In this document: positions 30,239 to 42,811 of the stretch, piece after piece
Position numbering within the stretch: position 1 is the stretch's first letter
How the letters are laid out: each line of letters begins with the position of its first letter
From: the human T2T-CHM13v2.0 reference genome, Homo sapiens
Assembly: GCF_009914755.1 (NCBI RefSeq)
Contig: NC_060940.1
Direction: 5' to 3' (one strand)
Length of the DNA stretch: 64,000 nucleotides
Translations under genes and position numbers: made by a program
The notes under the pieces: generated by a model
What the model was told of the DNA's origin: nothing
Databases searched by the model: none
The model's input: only the letters and a program-made list of their open reading frames with translations

Positions 30239-33095
30239 AGAAATCCAAAATCTGAACAGAACAATAACAAGTAACAAGATCAAAGCCTTCATAAAAAGTC
30301 CCCCGCTAAAGAAAAGCCCGGGTCTGATGGCTTAACTGCTGAATTCTATCAAACATTTAAAGAACTAATGCCAATCCTGATCCCAAAAACAGACAAAGAC
30401 ATATCAAACAAGAAAAGTACAGGCCAATATCTCTGATAAATATTGATGCAAAAATTCTCAACAAAATACTATCAAACTAAATTAAACAATACCTTAGAAA
30501 GATCATGCATCATGATCAAGTGAGATTTATCCCTGGGATGCAAGGATGGTTCAACAAATGCAAATCAATCAATGTGATACATCATATCAAAAGAATGAAG
30601 GATAAAAACCATATGATCATTTCAATTGATGCTGAAAAGCATTTGATAAAACTCAACATCCTTCATAATTAAAAACCTTCAAAAAACTGGGTATAGAAGA
30701 AATATATCTCAACATAATAAAAGCTATATATGACAGACCCACAGCTAGTATCATACTGAACGTGGAAAAACATAAAGCCTTTTCTATAAGATCTGGAGCA
30801 TGACAAGGATGTCTACTTTCACCACTATTATTTAATACAGTACTGGAAGTCCTAGCTAGAGCAATCAGACAAGGGAAGGATATAAAGGACATTCAAAGTG
30901 GAAAGGAAGAAGTCAAACTATCCTTGTTTGCAGATGATATGATCTTATATTTGAAAAAAACTCAAGACTCTACAAAAAATCTATCAGAACTGATAGATTA
31001 ACAAATTCAGTAACATTGCAGGATCCAAAATCAACAAACAAAAATCAGTAGCATTTCTATATGCCAATAGGGAACAATGTAAACAATAAATTTAAAAAAG
31101 TAATCCCATTTACAATAGATACACATAAAATTAAATACCGGGAATTGACTTAACCAAAGAAGTGAAAGATATCTCTAATAAAAACTATAAAACACTGATG
31201 AAAGAAATTGTAGAGTACACCAAAAAATGAAAACATATCCCATGTTCATGGATTGGAAGAATTAATGTTGCTAACATATTTATACTACCCAAAGCAATCT
31301 ACAGATTCAACGCAATCTTTTTCAGAGTACCAACAATATTCTTCAGAAAAATAGAAAAAGCTATGCTAAAATTTATATAGAACCACAAAAGACCCAGAAT
31401 AGCCAAAGTTATCCTAAGCAAAAAGAAACAAACAAACAACAACAACAATAACAAAAACAACTGGGGAAATCACATTATCCGACTTCAAATTTTACTACAG
31501 AGCTACAGTAACCAAAATAATATGGTACTGGCACAAAAACAGACACATAGACCAATGGAACAGAATAGAGAGCCCAGAAACAAATTCACACCTACAATGA
31601 ACTGATTTTTTACACAGGTGTCAATAACGTACACCGGCGAAAAGACAGTCTCTTCAATAAACAGTGCTGGGAAAACTGGATATCCATATGCAGGGGAATG
31701 AAACTAGATCCCTATCTCTTGCCACATACAAAAATCAAATCAAAATGGATTAAAGATTTAAATCTAAGACCTCAAACTATGAAACTACTACAAGAAAACT
31801 TTGGGAAAAATCTTCAGGACATTGGTCTGGGAAAAAATTTCTCAAGAAATACCCCACAAGCACAGGCAACCAAAGCAAAAACAGACAAATGGAACCACAT
31901 CAAGTTAAAAAGCTTCTGCACAGCGAAGGATACAATCAACAAAGTGAAAGACAACTCACAGAATGGGAAAAATATTTGCAAACTACCCATCTGACAAGGG
32001 ATTAGTAACCAGAATATATAAGGAGCTCAAACAACTCTACAGGAAAAAAATCTAGTAATCTGATTCAAAAAAATGAGCAAAAGATTTGAATACTTGTTTC
32101 CCGAAAGAAGACCTGAAAATGGCAAACAGGCATATGAAAACGTGCTCAGTATCATTAATCATCAGAGAAATGAAAATCAAAATTACAATGACTTATTATC
32201 TTATCCCAATCAAAATGACTTATATCCACAAGACAGGTAATAACAAATGCTGGTGAGGATGTGGAGAAAAGAGAACCACTGTACTACACTGTTTGTGGGA
32301 ATGTAAATTTGTACAAGCACTATGGAGAACAGCTTGGAGGTCTCTCAAAAAACTAAAAATTGGGCTACCATATGATCTAGCAATCCCACTACTGGGTATA
32401 TACCCAAAAGAAAGGAAATCAGTATATCAAAGAGATATCTGCAACAAAAAAAACTCCTGTGTTTGTTGCAGCACTGTTTACAATAGCCAGATTTGGAAGC
32501 AACCTGAAGGTCTGTCAGCAGATAACTGGATACAGAAAAGGTGGTACATATACACAATGGAGTACTATGCCACCATAAAAAAGAATGAGATCCAGTCATT
32601 TGCTACAACATGGATGGAACCGAAGATCATTATGTTAAGTGAAATAAACCAGGCACAGAAAGACAAACATCACATGTTCTCATTTATTTGTGGGATCTAA
32701 AAATTAAAACAATTGAACGCATGGACATAGAGAGTAGAAGCATAGTTATCAGAGGCTGGGAAGGGTATCGAGGGTCTGGGGGGAAGTGGGGATGGTTAAT
32801 GGGCACAAAAAGAAATAACCAGAAAGAATGAACAAGACCTACTATTTGATAACACAATAGGGTGACTATAGTCAACAATAACTTAATTGTACATTATAAA
32901 ATAACTTAAAGAGTATAATTGGATTGTTTGTAACTCAAAGGATAAGTGCTTGAGGGGATACATACCCCATTCTCCATGAGGTGCTTATTTCACATTGCAT
33001 GCCTGCATCAAAACATCTCATGTACTCCATAAATATATATACACCCACTATGTGTTCACAATAATTAAAAATTTTAAAAATTTAAGAAAATAAAT
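30239..33095 (+). mobile_element. 5'-truncated L1MA (L1MA1/2-like): disabled ORF2 RT/C-terminus plus 3' UTR
   Basis: FADDMILY motif near 30925. ORF remnants MKLDPYL... and [16 protein letters not shown]1MA 3' UTR. TSD agaaaggttt(c/t)ctg at 30225-30238 and 33096-33109. Confidence 0.95.
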
Positions 33096-33109
33096 AGAAA
33101 GGTTTTCTG

Positions 33110-33510
33110 GTTGACCAGTTCCTACAAAGACAGGAAGAACTTAAGATAAGTAAAAAGGAGAGAAAGTGACTGTGGAGAAGTTTCAATAAACCAAGTCCAG
33201 AGTGAATTCAAATCAACTGCACCCACTGGTGATAGGGTACCAGGAAGCAGCAGACGATGACTGCTTATTTACACAACTCAACAAGAAGGTTCAGAAGAAG
33301 AAACTGAGATCCCTGGAAGGACAAGAGGAACAGATCTGAGACTGGTTCACAGGGAAGAGGTTGAAGCTAATGCATACATGGATCAAGATAGAGGTTAGAG
33401 CACCAGGTTTGGGAAGAACAAAGACTAAGCTAGCTCAAATGATGACTCCCAGCATTAAGGTAAACAGAAAACATTTCTAGAACCCTTGCTATACATGAGT
33501 AATTTAGATT
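33110..33510 (+). mobile_element. Putative ancient RTE-clade LINE reverse-transcriptase fragment (probable 5' part at ~29950-30238)
   Basis: Frame from 33241 reads QEAADDDCLFTQLNKKVQKKKLRSLEGQEEQI*, then GKRLKLM. This resembles RTE FADDICLL...MQEK...IGL..GKTKVM. Confidence 0.45.
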
Positions 33511-33529
33511 ATTGTTCCTCTCTCCTTCT

Positions 33530-33911
33530 TACTGTAGGCAAGGTATACTTCCTAGTCCCATCAATCCGAGTTTTGGCCGTGTGACTTGCTTTGGCCAGTG
33601 GGATAAAAGCAAATGTTGTTGTGAATGAAAGTTTGACATGTGCTTGTTTGCTTGGGCTTGTCCTCTTGAGCTTCTTCCTTTTGCTCCATAAAGAATAAGT
33701 GTTGGGTAGTGGCTGGTCCAAGAAACAGGAGAGATATGTAGAACAAGCCTTCACCAATCCACAGGGTTAGAGACAAGCCCAGCCTAGGTCAGCCAAACTA
33801 TAGCCAACCTGCCAATACATGCACAGGAAATAGACAGTTATTGTGGTATGCCACTGAAATTCTGAGGATGTTCATTACATGGTGCTATTGCAGCAAGAGC
33901 TGACTGAGACA
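33530..33911 (+). mobile_element. Old MaLR LTR (MLT1I/J-like)
   Basis: ggccgtgtgacttgctttggccagtggga...gccactgaaattctgagg...gctgactgagaca. Confidence 0.75.
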
Positions 33912-34423
33912 TGTGATTCTCTCCTTGCATCCACACCACAGTCCAGGTAAGTAAGCACTGTCACTATTTCCATTTTATAGAGGAGGAAACAGTCTTGGGG
34001 AGGTTAAATAACTTGCCCAAGAGTGGTAAGTGGCACACCTGGGTTTCTAACTCAGATCTTCCTTTAAAGCCCAAGCTTAAAACCACTACCCTATGCCACC
34101 TCCCTGAAACTTTATTATCAAGAGGGCTGAGGACTGCAACGGCAGAGACTTTTCCAGGGCTTTTATCAGATACCAAGTCATAGAGCAGGTGGAATTTAAG
34201 AGCCAGAGAACAGAGGACACCAAGTGGTCACAGTGACATTGCTCTGAAAACTTTTCTCTCCATGAAATGGCACAGGGACACTGGGGTTATGTTTCAAATG
34301 GTCAAGATTTAAAGGGACTGGCACCTCCAAAGCTCTTACAAGCCTTTCTGTCTTAACGGGAGCATAACACCTCCGGAGAGAATGATGCTGTGAGGTCTCA
34401 GCAAAATTGAGCACCCCGTAATA

Positions 34424-34830
<407 letters not shown>

Positions 34831-35169
34831 CTTAATACATGAAGCATATTTAAGAAAAGTGTCACTGAGAATATCATGCAATGTCTTGACTCCTAAGCCT
34901 GGCTACACATTAGAATGGTTGGAAGGGTTTCGGGAAATGCAAATCCCCAGACCTTGATTGGACTCACTGAATCAGAATCTCTGGAGGAGAGGCCTGGGAC
35001 CCTGTGTTTTTTAATAAACTTCCCAGGTGGTTCTCTTTTAGGCAGCCCAGCCTCAGACCAGGGTCTATTATTTGCAAGTCATGGTATAGTCATTATAAGC
35101 ATGGTCCCTGGAGCCAGAGTAGCCCAGGCCTGGAGGCCAGCTTGAGCATTTATTAACACTATGGAAAAA

Positions 35170-35645
35170 ATGTCATGTTTCCCAGCTGCATGGCACTTCT
35201 TGGACAATAGCTTTCCTATGTCAGGGGCATTTCCCACTGATGAGTCCTGCCTCCCCAAAAGGGCAGCCCCAAAACTCGCTCATGTAATTCTCTGAGAATC
35301 AGATGTGCTTATGTGAAATATCAATTCAGAAGCCCAACATGTGAGGAAGATGGCACCATGTAGTGCCCATCTGTCTGGCAATGGTGGCAATGGAGGCAGG
35401 TGGCTCTCAGGGCATCAGAACTGTGTTTAGAGTCAGTAACAAGAGCTTGGTGCCCCTGCCCAGAGGCGGCAAGAGTGGGATCTGCAAAGACCAGCCCTGC
35501 AGTGGGGTTTCTGGCAAGGCCAACCTTTAGCCCTTTGAGAGAGTCTGCACGTTCCCTGGTAGCACTGAATAAATTTCTTTCTGTTTAAACTAGCTTGAGT
35601 GGGTTCTGTTGTCTGCAACCAAGAAGAGCGAACTAACTTCATCCC
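35170..35645 (+). mobile_element. Old ERVL-type LTR (LTR33/MLT1-like)
   Basis: 3' end aataaatttctttctgtttaaactagcttgagtgggttctgttgtctgcaaccaag. Confidence 0.55.
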
Positions 35646-38261
35646 TGAGTCTTTTTTCCTCATCTGGAAAATGCGAAGCAATATTAGGAATATAACATAG
35701 CTTGGAGGGTAACATTGGTCTGAGTAGGTTCAAATTCCACTTCTGGCATTACACTGTTGCTTGAGGCAAGTTACATCAGCTTTCTAAAACTCAGTTTCCA
35801 CAAAGTACAATGAAGACACCACAAACTTTATGAAGTGTCTTCAGGATCAAAATGGAGAGTTGAAATGGTGCTTTGCACATTTCAAGCCCTTGAATATTAG
35901 GTATTGTTACTGTTGGAGTAGCGTTGAAGGCTTTTTACCATCTATACACCACTAAAAACCTTCGCTCCAGGAAATCCAGTCTCCTTCTTGATTTTCAGAA
36001 GTCAAGCCATTCCCTGACCACTATACGCTTTGCCCTTGCAGGTCTCTTGCCTGAAATGTCCTCCATTTTACTTCCACCTATCCATATCTTTCAACACCTA
36101 GCTCACCTCTCTCCTTCGAGAAATCCATGCTATCACTTCCCCTCTTTGAACCTGCGCAGCATCTGGCAATCCCATAGCTCACCATAGATTTAGTACTTAA
36201 TTATGTATTGCAGTATTTCACCCGTATTTCATCCTGGGTACGTCTTGTCTCCATGGCTAGACTGCAGACTTCTCAAAGGCAGATTCCTTGCTTCTTATCC
36301 TTTGGGCACCCACACTGTGTTGGGCACTTAGGAAGAAAGAAAAGAAAAGCATGTCATATTGAACTGAACAGCTGAACAGATGCCAAATCAATATCTCAGG
36401 TCACAGGAGCAGGGGCGGGTCAGCGATGAAGCTAGGAGTGGGTCTCCCTGGACCCCTGGTTTTCATGCAGCGGAATGACTACTCGGCTATTTGGAAATTT
36501 GCATACAGATGACATTCTAGAAAATGCAGGTGCCTGCCTTTTCACCACAAAGGCCAATTAAGTGCTCTTACATTTTAAAAGGCAGACTGTTTGAGAAATG
36601 CCTCTGAGAACAATTAAGAGTACAAAACGTGGTAAATGAAACTGGAAGTTATCAAAAGCTATTGAAGGCAGCTGAGAGAAATGGCAACTTACCTCCACAT
36701 GGGAGGCTATACAGCCCAGTGGATCAGAAACCAACGGCCACCAGCGCCCAGTCCCTACCCAGCCTCTCTCCATCGTGCATGCGGCACGACTTCTCCAAAC
36801 AAAAGCATTCTCAACTGTGAAGTAGCGATAATAATAGTACTTGCCTCATAGGGTAGTTGTTAAGATTGAATGTATTAATACATGGAAAGTAATTAAAACA
36901 GTGCCTAGCACTTAAGTGCTGAATGACTGTTGGTTGCTATGATAATGATTATTAATAGAGTATTACATATGTTCCAAAATAGCGGGGACCTTTGCTGCCT
37001 TGTTTTCTCAGCACCCGGCATCTCCAGCACACAGGAAGGACTCAATCAATGTTTGTTGAATGATTGCATTAAATGGCAAGCTTAGCTGGTGACAAATTAT
37101 GATCCAGATCAGCTTGCAGACCCACTGCCCAAGTGCCCTAGGCTGCTCTTTCCTTCCCACAGGCAGAGGCTCAGGAGCCCTTTTATAAGTTTCTTTCAAT
37201 CCTCAGCCAGCCCCTCCCAGCTCATCCTCTCAGTCCCTCCTGGCCAAGGGTCCATCCCCCAACATCAGCTCTAGTTCCAGCATCTTGTCCAGCTCCCTTT
37301 GAACTTGATGCTTTGAGCCATTCCTACAATGCCTGCTTCTACCTTCTGAAACTGAATTTTTCTTTCTTTGGCATTTGATAGCTGCTAGTCATCCCACCCT
37401 ACTGACTGGGCCTGCCTAGAACCCCAATCCTGATGCTCCCCAGTCTCCCATGGTCTGGGGTTCAAACACCTCTGCATCCCAAGCCCTCCCAGGCTCCACA
37501 CTGGGACTCTGGAATTTTAAAAACTTGGGTTTAAATCCTGATATTCAGGGTATTTACTTAATCTCGCTGACCTCAGTTTTTTCACCTGAAAAGTGGGATA
37601 ACAATACCCACTCATTGGCATAAGAATTAAATGCCTATAGCATGCCTACCACAGAGTCTTCCATCAAAGGGGATGATCCAATGCTAATTCCTTCTCCAGC
37701 TGCTACTTCTACAATATGGCAGACTCTCTAGAGCCCCATAAAAACACGGGATGAGCCATTTGGCCAGCAAGGACCTGGTGATTGAAAGTGTGAGCATCAA
37801 GTCTATTTCTCCAAAAGAGAGCAGAACTTTGTAATAAAACTGAGTTGTGGTAGAAAGCAAGGAAAAGCCGCTTGCTGCAGCCTTAATGAGCAAGATAAAG
37901 GGCACATCTTTGGAGGCCAGGGGACAGGTTTATTAATAGGATTAAAGCCAGGGGTAGCTGCTGGAGAGTCAGAGTGGCTTATCAGTGTGAAATAGTGTAT
38001 ACTCACAGATAAGATCACCCCCAGAGCAGCCAAGAGGCCACTTCAGAAACAAACAAACAAACAAAATGCAGTGGGATCCTGCGATAGGGTAGGAAAATCA
38101 GTGGTCCTCAAGTTCTGTACCATAATCTTCTGTAAGGGTGGTTACATCAGAATCACTGGCCGGGGGCGAAGGATTGGGGGTTAAAATAGAGAATCTAGAA
38201 CCCATCCCTAGAGTTTATAGTCCAGTAAGTCTAAGGTGTTGCCTGGGAATCCATTAGCAAG

Positions 38262-38580
<319 letters not shown>

Positions 38581-39257
38581 TAGATGATGTTGCTGAAGAA
38601 GCAGCCAGGTTTTGGACTGTTTGAAGATTATAATTAGTTTTGTAGCAATTCAGATATCTGGATGCATACATTCATTTGTTTAACAAGTATCTGTTATGTA
38701 TTTATGACATTTTTGGTGAGCAAGAAATAAGAAGAAAAGATGGTCATGTTCCTCGTCAAGTTTCCAGTTGGCTACTGGAGAGATCAGTCAAAGGGTACAA
38801 CAATCAATCATTCGTTCATTCAAAACTTAAGAGCCTCCTATATGCCAGGTTCTGTGCTATGGAAGCAGGATTTTGATTAGGCCTTTAAAAATGGGAAGCA
38901 ACAAGAAAAGGGAGAAAGTCTTATCTTTGATTTCAGCCTAACCAAGGGAGGCATCACTGTTTCCTTCTTCTTTTTTCTTTTTCAGAACGACATCCTATAT
39001 TACTCCCTGACAGGGGTGAGGAGTGTTTCCTACAGTTCACAGGAAACATTATGCATCCATGATTCCAGTCCCTAGGCTTGGAAGAGAGGTCTGCATAATT
39101 GAGATATAGCTTGGTATGTTCTCCAGTGATACTGAGAAAAGAGTGAGGAGAGTCAAAAGGAAAAAATAATAATAGCAGCAGTTGTAAAACCTAACACATT
39201 AAACACTTACTATGTGCCGAGCACTGATCTCAGTGCTGAATAAGAATAAATAAACAA

Positions 39258-39623
39258 GTAACTGAGTTCTCTTACTAGAAAATAATTGTAAAGTAACGTA
39301 CAAGTTTGATATTTTCTACACATGGAGTTTTAAATATGAAGCAGATATGAAGGTATTAGTAAATAGATCAAATTATTTAAAGCAACATGTTTAAACTTTC
39401 AAATAAAACTTAAACAGAATCAGTAGTATTCAATCAGTTCTAAGTTATTAATACTAAGTTACTCAGTCACTCCATTAAGATTCAACAAAATGGTTTTGTT
39501 AATCAGTGGTACCAAAAATTAAATTTTGGTTTTAACCTTAGTCCTTGTTGTTAGCTCTCCTGGAATTTTTCTGAAATTTCATGAAAAGAATAAAAGAATG
39601 ATTTCAGAAAAAATAAAAAATAA
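39258..39623 (+). pseudogene. Probable retroposed 3' UTR fragment or orphan transduction inserted in an L2
   Basis: AT-rich non-repeat sequence. AATAAA at 39589-39594, A-rich tail from 39608, TSD aaataaacaa at 39248-39257 and 39624-39633. L2 sequence on both sides. Confidence 0.6.
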
Positions 39624-39968
39624 AAATAAACAAACAGAGCCCTTTCATTTTCTCCTGGAGGAAGTAGCAAAAACAGCAGCCCTATGGAGAGAGAATTTCA
39701 GAACGGTATCAATGGCCTCCAAAATATCCCTGCCATTTGACTATATTCTTTGTTTTCAGAGAATCCTTTGGAACTAGCACCAAAGCTTCATGCAAAAAGC
39801 TGTGCAGCACTGGTTATAATGACCTAAAACCTGGAAGCAAACTGTGTTCCAATAGTAGGGGCTGGCTTAAATAATCTCTCGTACATACATATAAAAGAAG
39901 ACTGAGGACACTCTCTACTGACATAGAACCATTTCCAAGATTAACCGTTAAGTGAATAATGCAAGGTA

Positions 39969-40276
39969 CAATTTTGAAATACACATTATTATTAACTATA
40001 GTCACCATAGTGTGCAATAGATCACTAAAACTTATTCCTTCTGTACCCTTTGGCCAACATCTTTCTTTCCCCATCTACCACATCCTCACCCTCTGATCAC
40101 CACCACTGCTAAAAGTAGATTTTAAATGTTCTCACCACAAAGAAATGTTAAGTATGTGAGGGGATGAGTATGTTAATTGACCTGATTTAATTATTCCACA
40201 ATGTATGCACATATCATTACATCCCATTGTACCCCATAAATATATATATTTATTTGCCGATTGAAAATGTTTTTAA
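39969..40276 (+). mobile_element. L1MA 3' UTR insertion with 5' inversion (39969-40107 antisense, 40108-40276 sense)
   Basis: Consensus ...ATTTCAAAATTG|CTAAAAG... is split at this point. Degenerate TSD aatg(c/t)aag(g/a)t(a/g)ca. Confidence 0.8.
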
Positions 40277-40935
40277 ATGTAAGATGCAGAAGAATGTGTG
40301 CTATCTTTTAAATTTTATGGCATATGGATGTATTAACTTTTTAAAAATTTAAAAGCAATATGTCAAACTATTTATAGAGTAGAATCCAATGATCTATGTG
40401 GGAATAAGAAAGTTTGGGAAAGAATTTTTGGGAAATGTTCACTAGTTTTGTTTGGGTAGAAGATCACTGGGTAATTCTTTCCTCCCATTTTTCTCTATTT
40501 CTAAATTTAGATGTGTGGTACAATGAAATACTTTTATCATGAAAAAAAGACATTTTAAAATGAAAGAAATCCTGGATCCAGGCTAGGGGTTTGCTTAGAT
40601 ATTTAAAATCCTAGAACGCATATAAAAAGGGACTCGTGATCACAAAAGGACATCAGAGAATGACAAAAATGTCAAAGATGTGGTCAGGAAGGCATAAACC
40701 CTAGACTAATTTGCCAAAACCCAAAAAGCCAATGGGCTCTCAAAATCAAGCCTTAAAGCAACTTTCAGAGGTTTGCTGTTTTAAGTGTTTGGTTAGGACT
40801 TTGTTGCAATTAACAAGAACCTCAAATCAAACTGGGTTAAGCAAAAGAAGGAATTTATTGGCTTAAATAATCAAAAAGTTCAGGGGAAAGAAAAGACTGT
40901 CTTTAGAATAGCTTGGTCCTGTTCACTCATATTTG

Positions 40936-41104
40936 TTCTTTTCTTTTTTTTTTTCTTAGAGATGGGGTCTTGCTCTGTCACCCAGACTGGGGTCCAGAGG
41001 CATGATCATAGCTCACTGCAGCCTTGAACCCTGGGCTGCAGCAATCTTTTTACCCCAGCCTTCCAAGTAGCTGGGACTACAGACATGTGCTACCATGCCC
41101 AGCT

Positions 41105-41137
<33 letters not shown>

Positions 41138-41258
41138 GTCTACAGACAGGGTCTCACCATATCGCCCAGGCTGGTCTTGAACTCCTAGCCTCAAGCAATA
41201 CTCCCATATCTGCCTCCCAAAGTGTTGTGATTAGAGGCATGAGCCAATGGGCCTAGCC
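40936..41258 (-). mobile_element. AluJ with long internal T run, inside an old MLT1 LTR
   Basis: AluJ diagnostics atcatagctcactgcagccttgaa and ctcaagcaat. Confidence 0.9.
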
Positions 41259-41965
41259 TCACTTACATCTTGACTTTTTTCCTCTTGACTCAGCTCTCTA
41301 CCTGGGGCACCATATTGGGGCATTCTAAATATCAGGCCCTAGGTAGTGGCTCCTAGAAGGCCATGTTCACTGTAGCTTTTTTTTTTTAAAGCAGTTCTAG
41401 AAGAAAAGAGCCAAAGGTGCCTCTTCCCCAGCAGAGGCAACAGTATGCATTGCATACCAACTGAGTCACCTGCTCATTTCTGCAACAATCCCTAGAGACC
41501 TGAGAATGCAATGACCTGAGTGGCGGGGTGGAACCAACACCATCAGAAGCGCACTATTCTAGAGGAAAAGCAGGTACCAGGAAAACAGACTGAGCATTCA
41601 GCAGCAAAACAGCAGGCAGCAGAGAAAATTGCAAATTCATGTGTGCCCATCTCTTCAAGTAAAATGAATAAATAAGCAAAATGAAAAAATATATATGTAT
41701 ATCATTAAGAAGAACATGAAATCTGAAATAGATGGACAGCAAGTAAGAGAACATTGCTTTAAATGAATTCAAATTTCTAGGCCACATGCACAAGTCTCAG
41801 AACCCATGTTCATACCCATGGAGCTACCTCCAAAGACCTGAACTGTGATCCCTTTCAGAGAAACCAAACCGGAGAGAGGCCGCTGGGGTCTCTCTTTTCA
41901 CAAAGGGGATGGGTTGGAAGTTGACATCCGAGAACCAGATACAGGCATTGACTTCTGAGGAAATT

Positions 41966-42178
41966 TTTTTATTAATCAGTTTTATAATTGACAAATAAAA
42001 ATTGTGTATATTGTATTTATTGTGTGCAACATATTTTGAAATATATATACATTTTAAAATGCCAAATCAAGCTAATTAACATGCATGACCTCACACATTA
42101 CTCTCTTAGCAAATTTCAAGAATACATTGTTGTTAACTATAGTCACCATGTTGAACCACAGATCTCTTGAACTGATTA
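41966..42178 (-). mobile_element. L1MA 3' end
   Basis: taactatagtcaccatg...gatctcttgaact. Perfect TSD tctgaggaaatt at 41954-41965 and 42179-42190. Confidence 0.85.
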
Positions 42179-42354
42179 TCTGAGGAAATTACTGAACAAA
42201 TTCTAAAATAGCAGATTTATGAAGGCTTAGAGAAGATTGATCAATAAAACCTACTGTAAACTTACCAAGATCGTGTGGTACCAAAACACACTCCACAGGA
42301 TTACGAGATTGGGAGCTCTAGGGAAGCCCGATAAAACCCAATTTTAAAATAGCA

Positions 42355-42811
42355 CAAAAATTAACTAACTATTGGGTACTAAGCTTAGTATATGGATGAT
42401 GGGATCAGCAGAGCCCCAAACCTCAACATCAGAGAATACACCTAGGTAACAAATCTGCACATATACCCCCCGAATCTAAAAATATTTTTAAGGAAAAAAA
42501 TATTTAAACAATCTGTTGGCCAGGTGAGATGGCTCATGCCTATAATCTCAGCACTTCAGAAGGCTGAGGTGGGAAGATCGCTGGAGACCAGGAATTCAAT
42601 ACCAGCCTGGGCAACATAGTGAGACTTTGTCTCTATGAAAAATACAAAAATTAGCCAGATACAGTGGTGTACACCTGTAGTCCCAGCTACTCAGGAGGCT
42701 GAAGCAGGAGGATCGTTTCAGCCCAGGAGGTCACGGCTACAGTGAGCCATGATCCCACCACTGCACTCCAGCCTGAGTGAGACCTTGTCACTTAAAGAAG
42801 AAGAAAAAAAA
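42355..42811 (+). mobile_element. L1PA16/L1PB-type 3' end (42355-42500) followed by AluJ (42518-42811)
   Basis: ctattgggtact...ccccaaacctcaacatc...gaatctaaaa, then an Alu body. Confidence 0.85.

Larger units (their letters stand above)
40570..42345 (+). mobile_element. CR1/L3 LINE ORF2 fragments (40570-40760, 41760-41965, 42179-42345) split by MLT1, AluJ and L1MA insertions
   Basis: Decayed KDVVRKA, FK.LGP, F.KG, EQILK and RITRL motifs in CR1 order. Confidence 0.55.

Noticed and set aside
31698-32700. ORFs with real protein similarity
   Set aside because: Fragments of a disabled L1 ORF2.
35811-35843. Inverted repeat tgaagacac...gtgtcttca
   Set aside because: 9-bp arms inside a MIR, too short for a miRNA-type precursor and plausible by chance.
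36558-36820. Strong minus-strand donor GAG|GTAAGT near 36690 with overlapping ORFs
   Set aside because: No matching acceptor or recognisable peptide.
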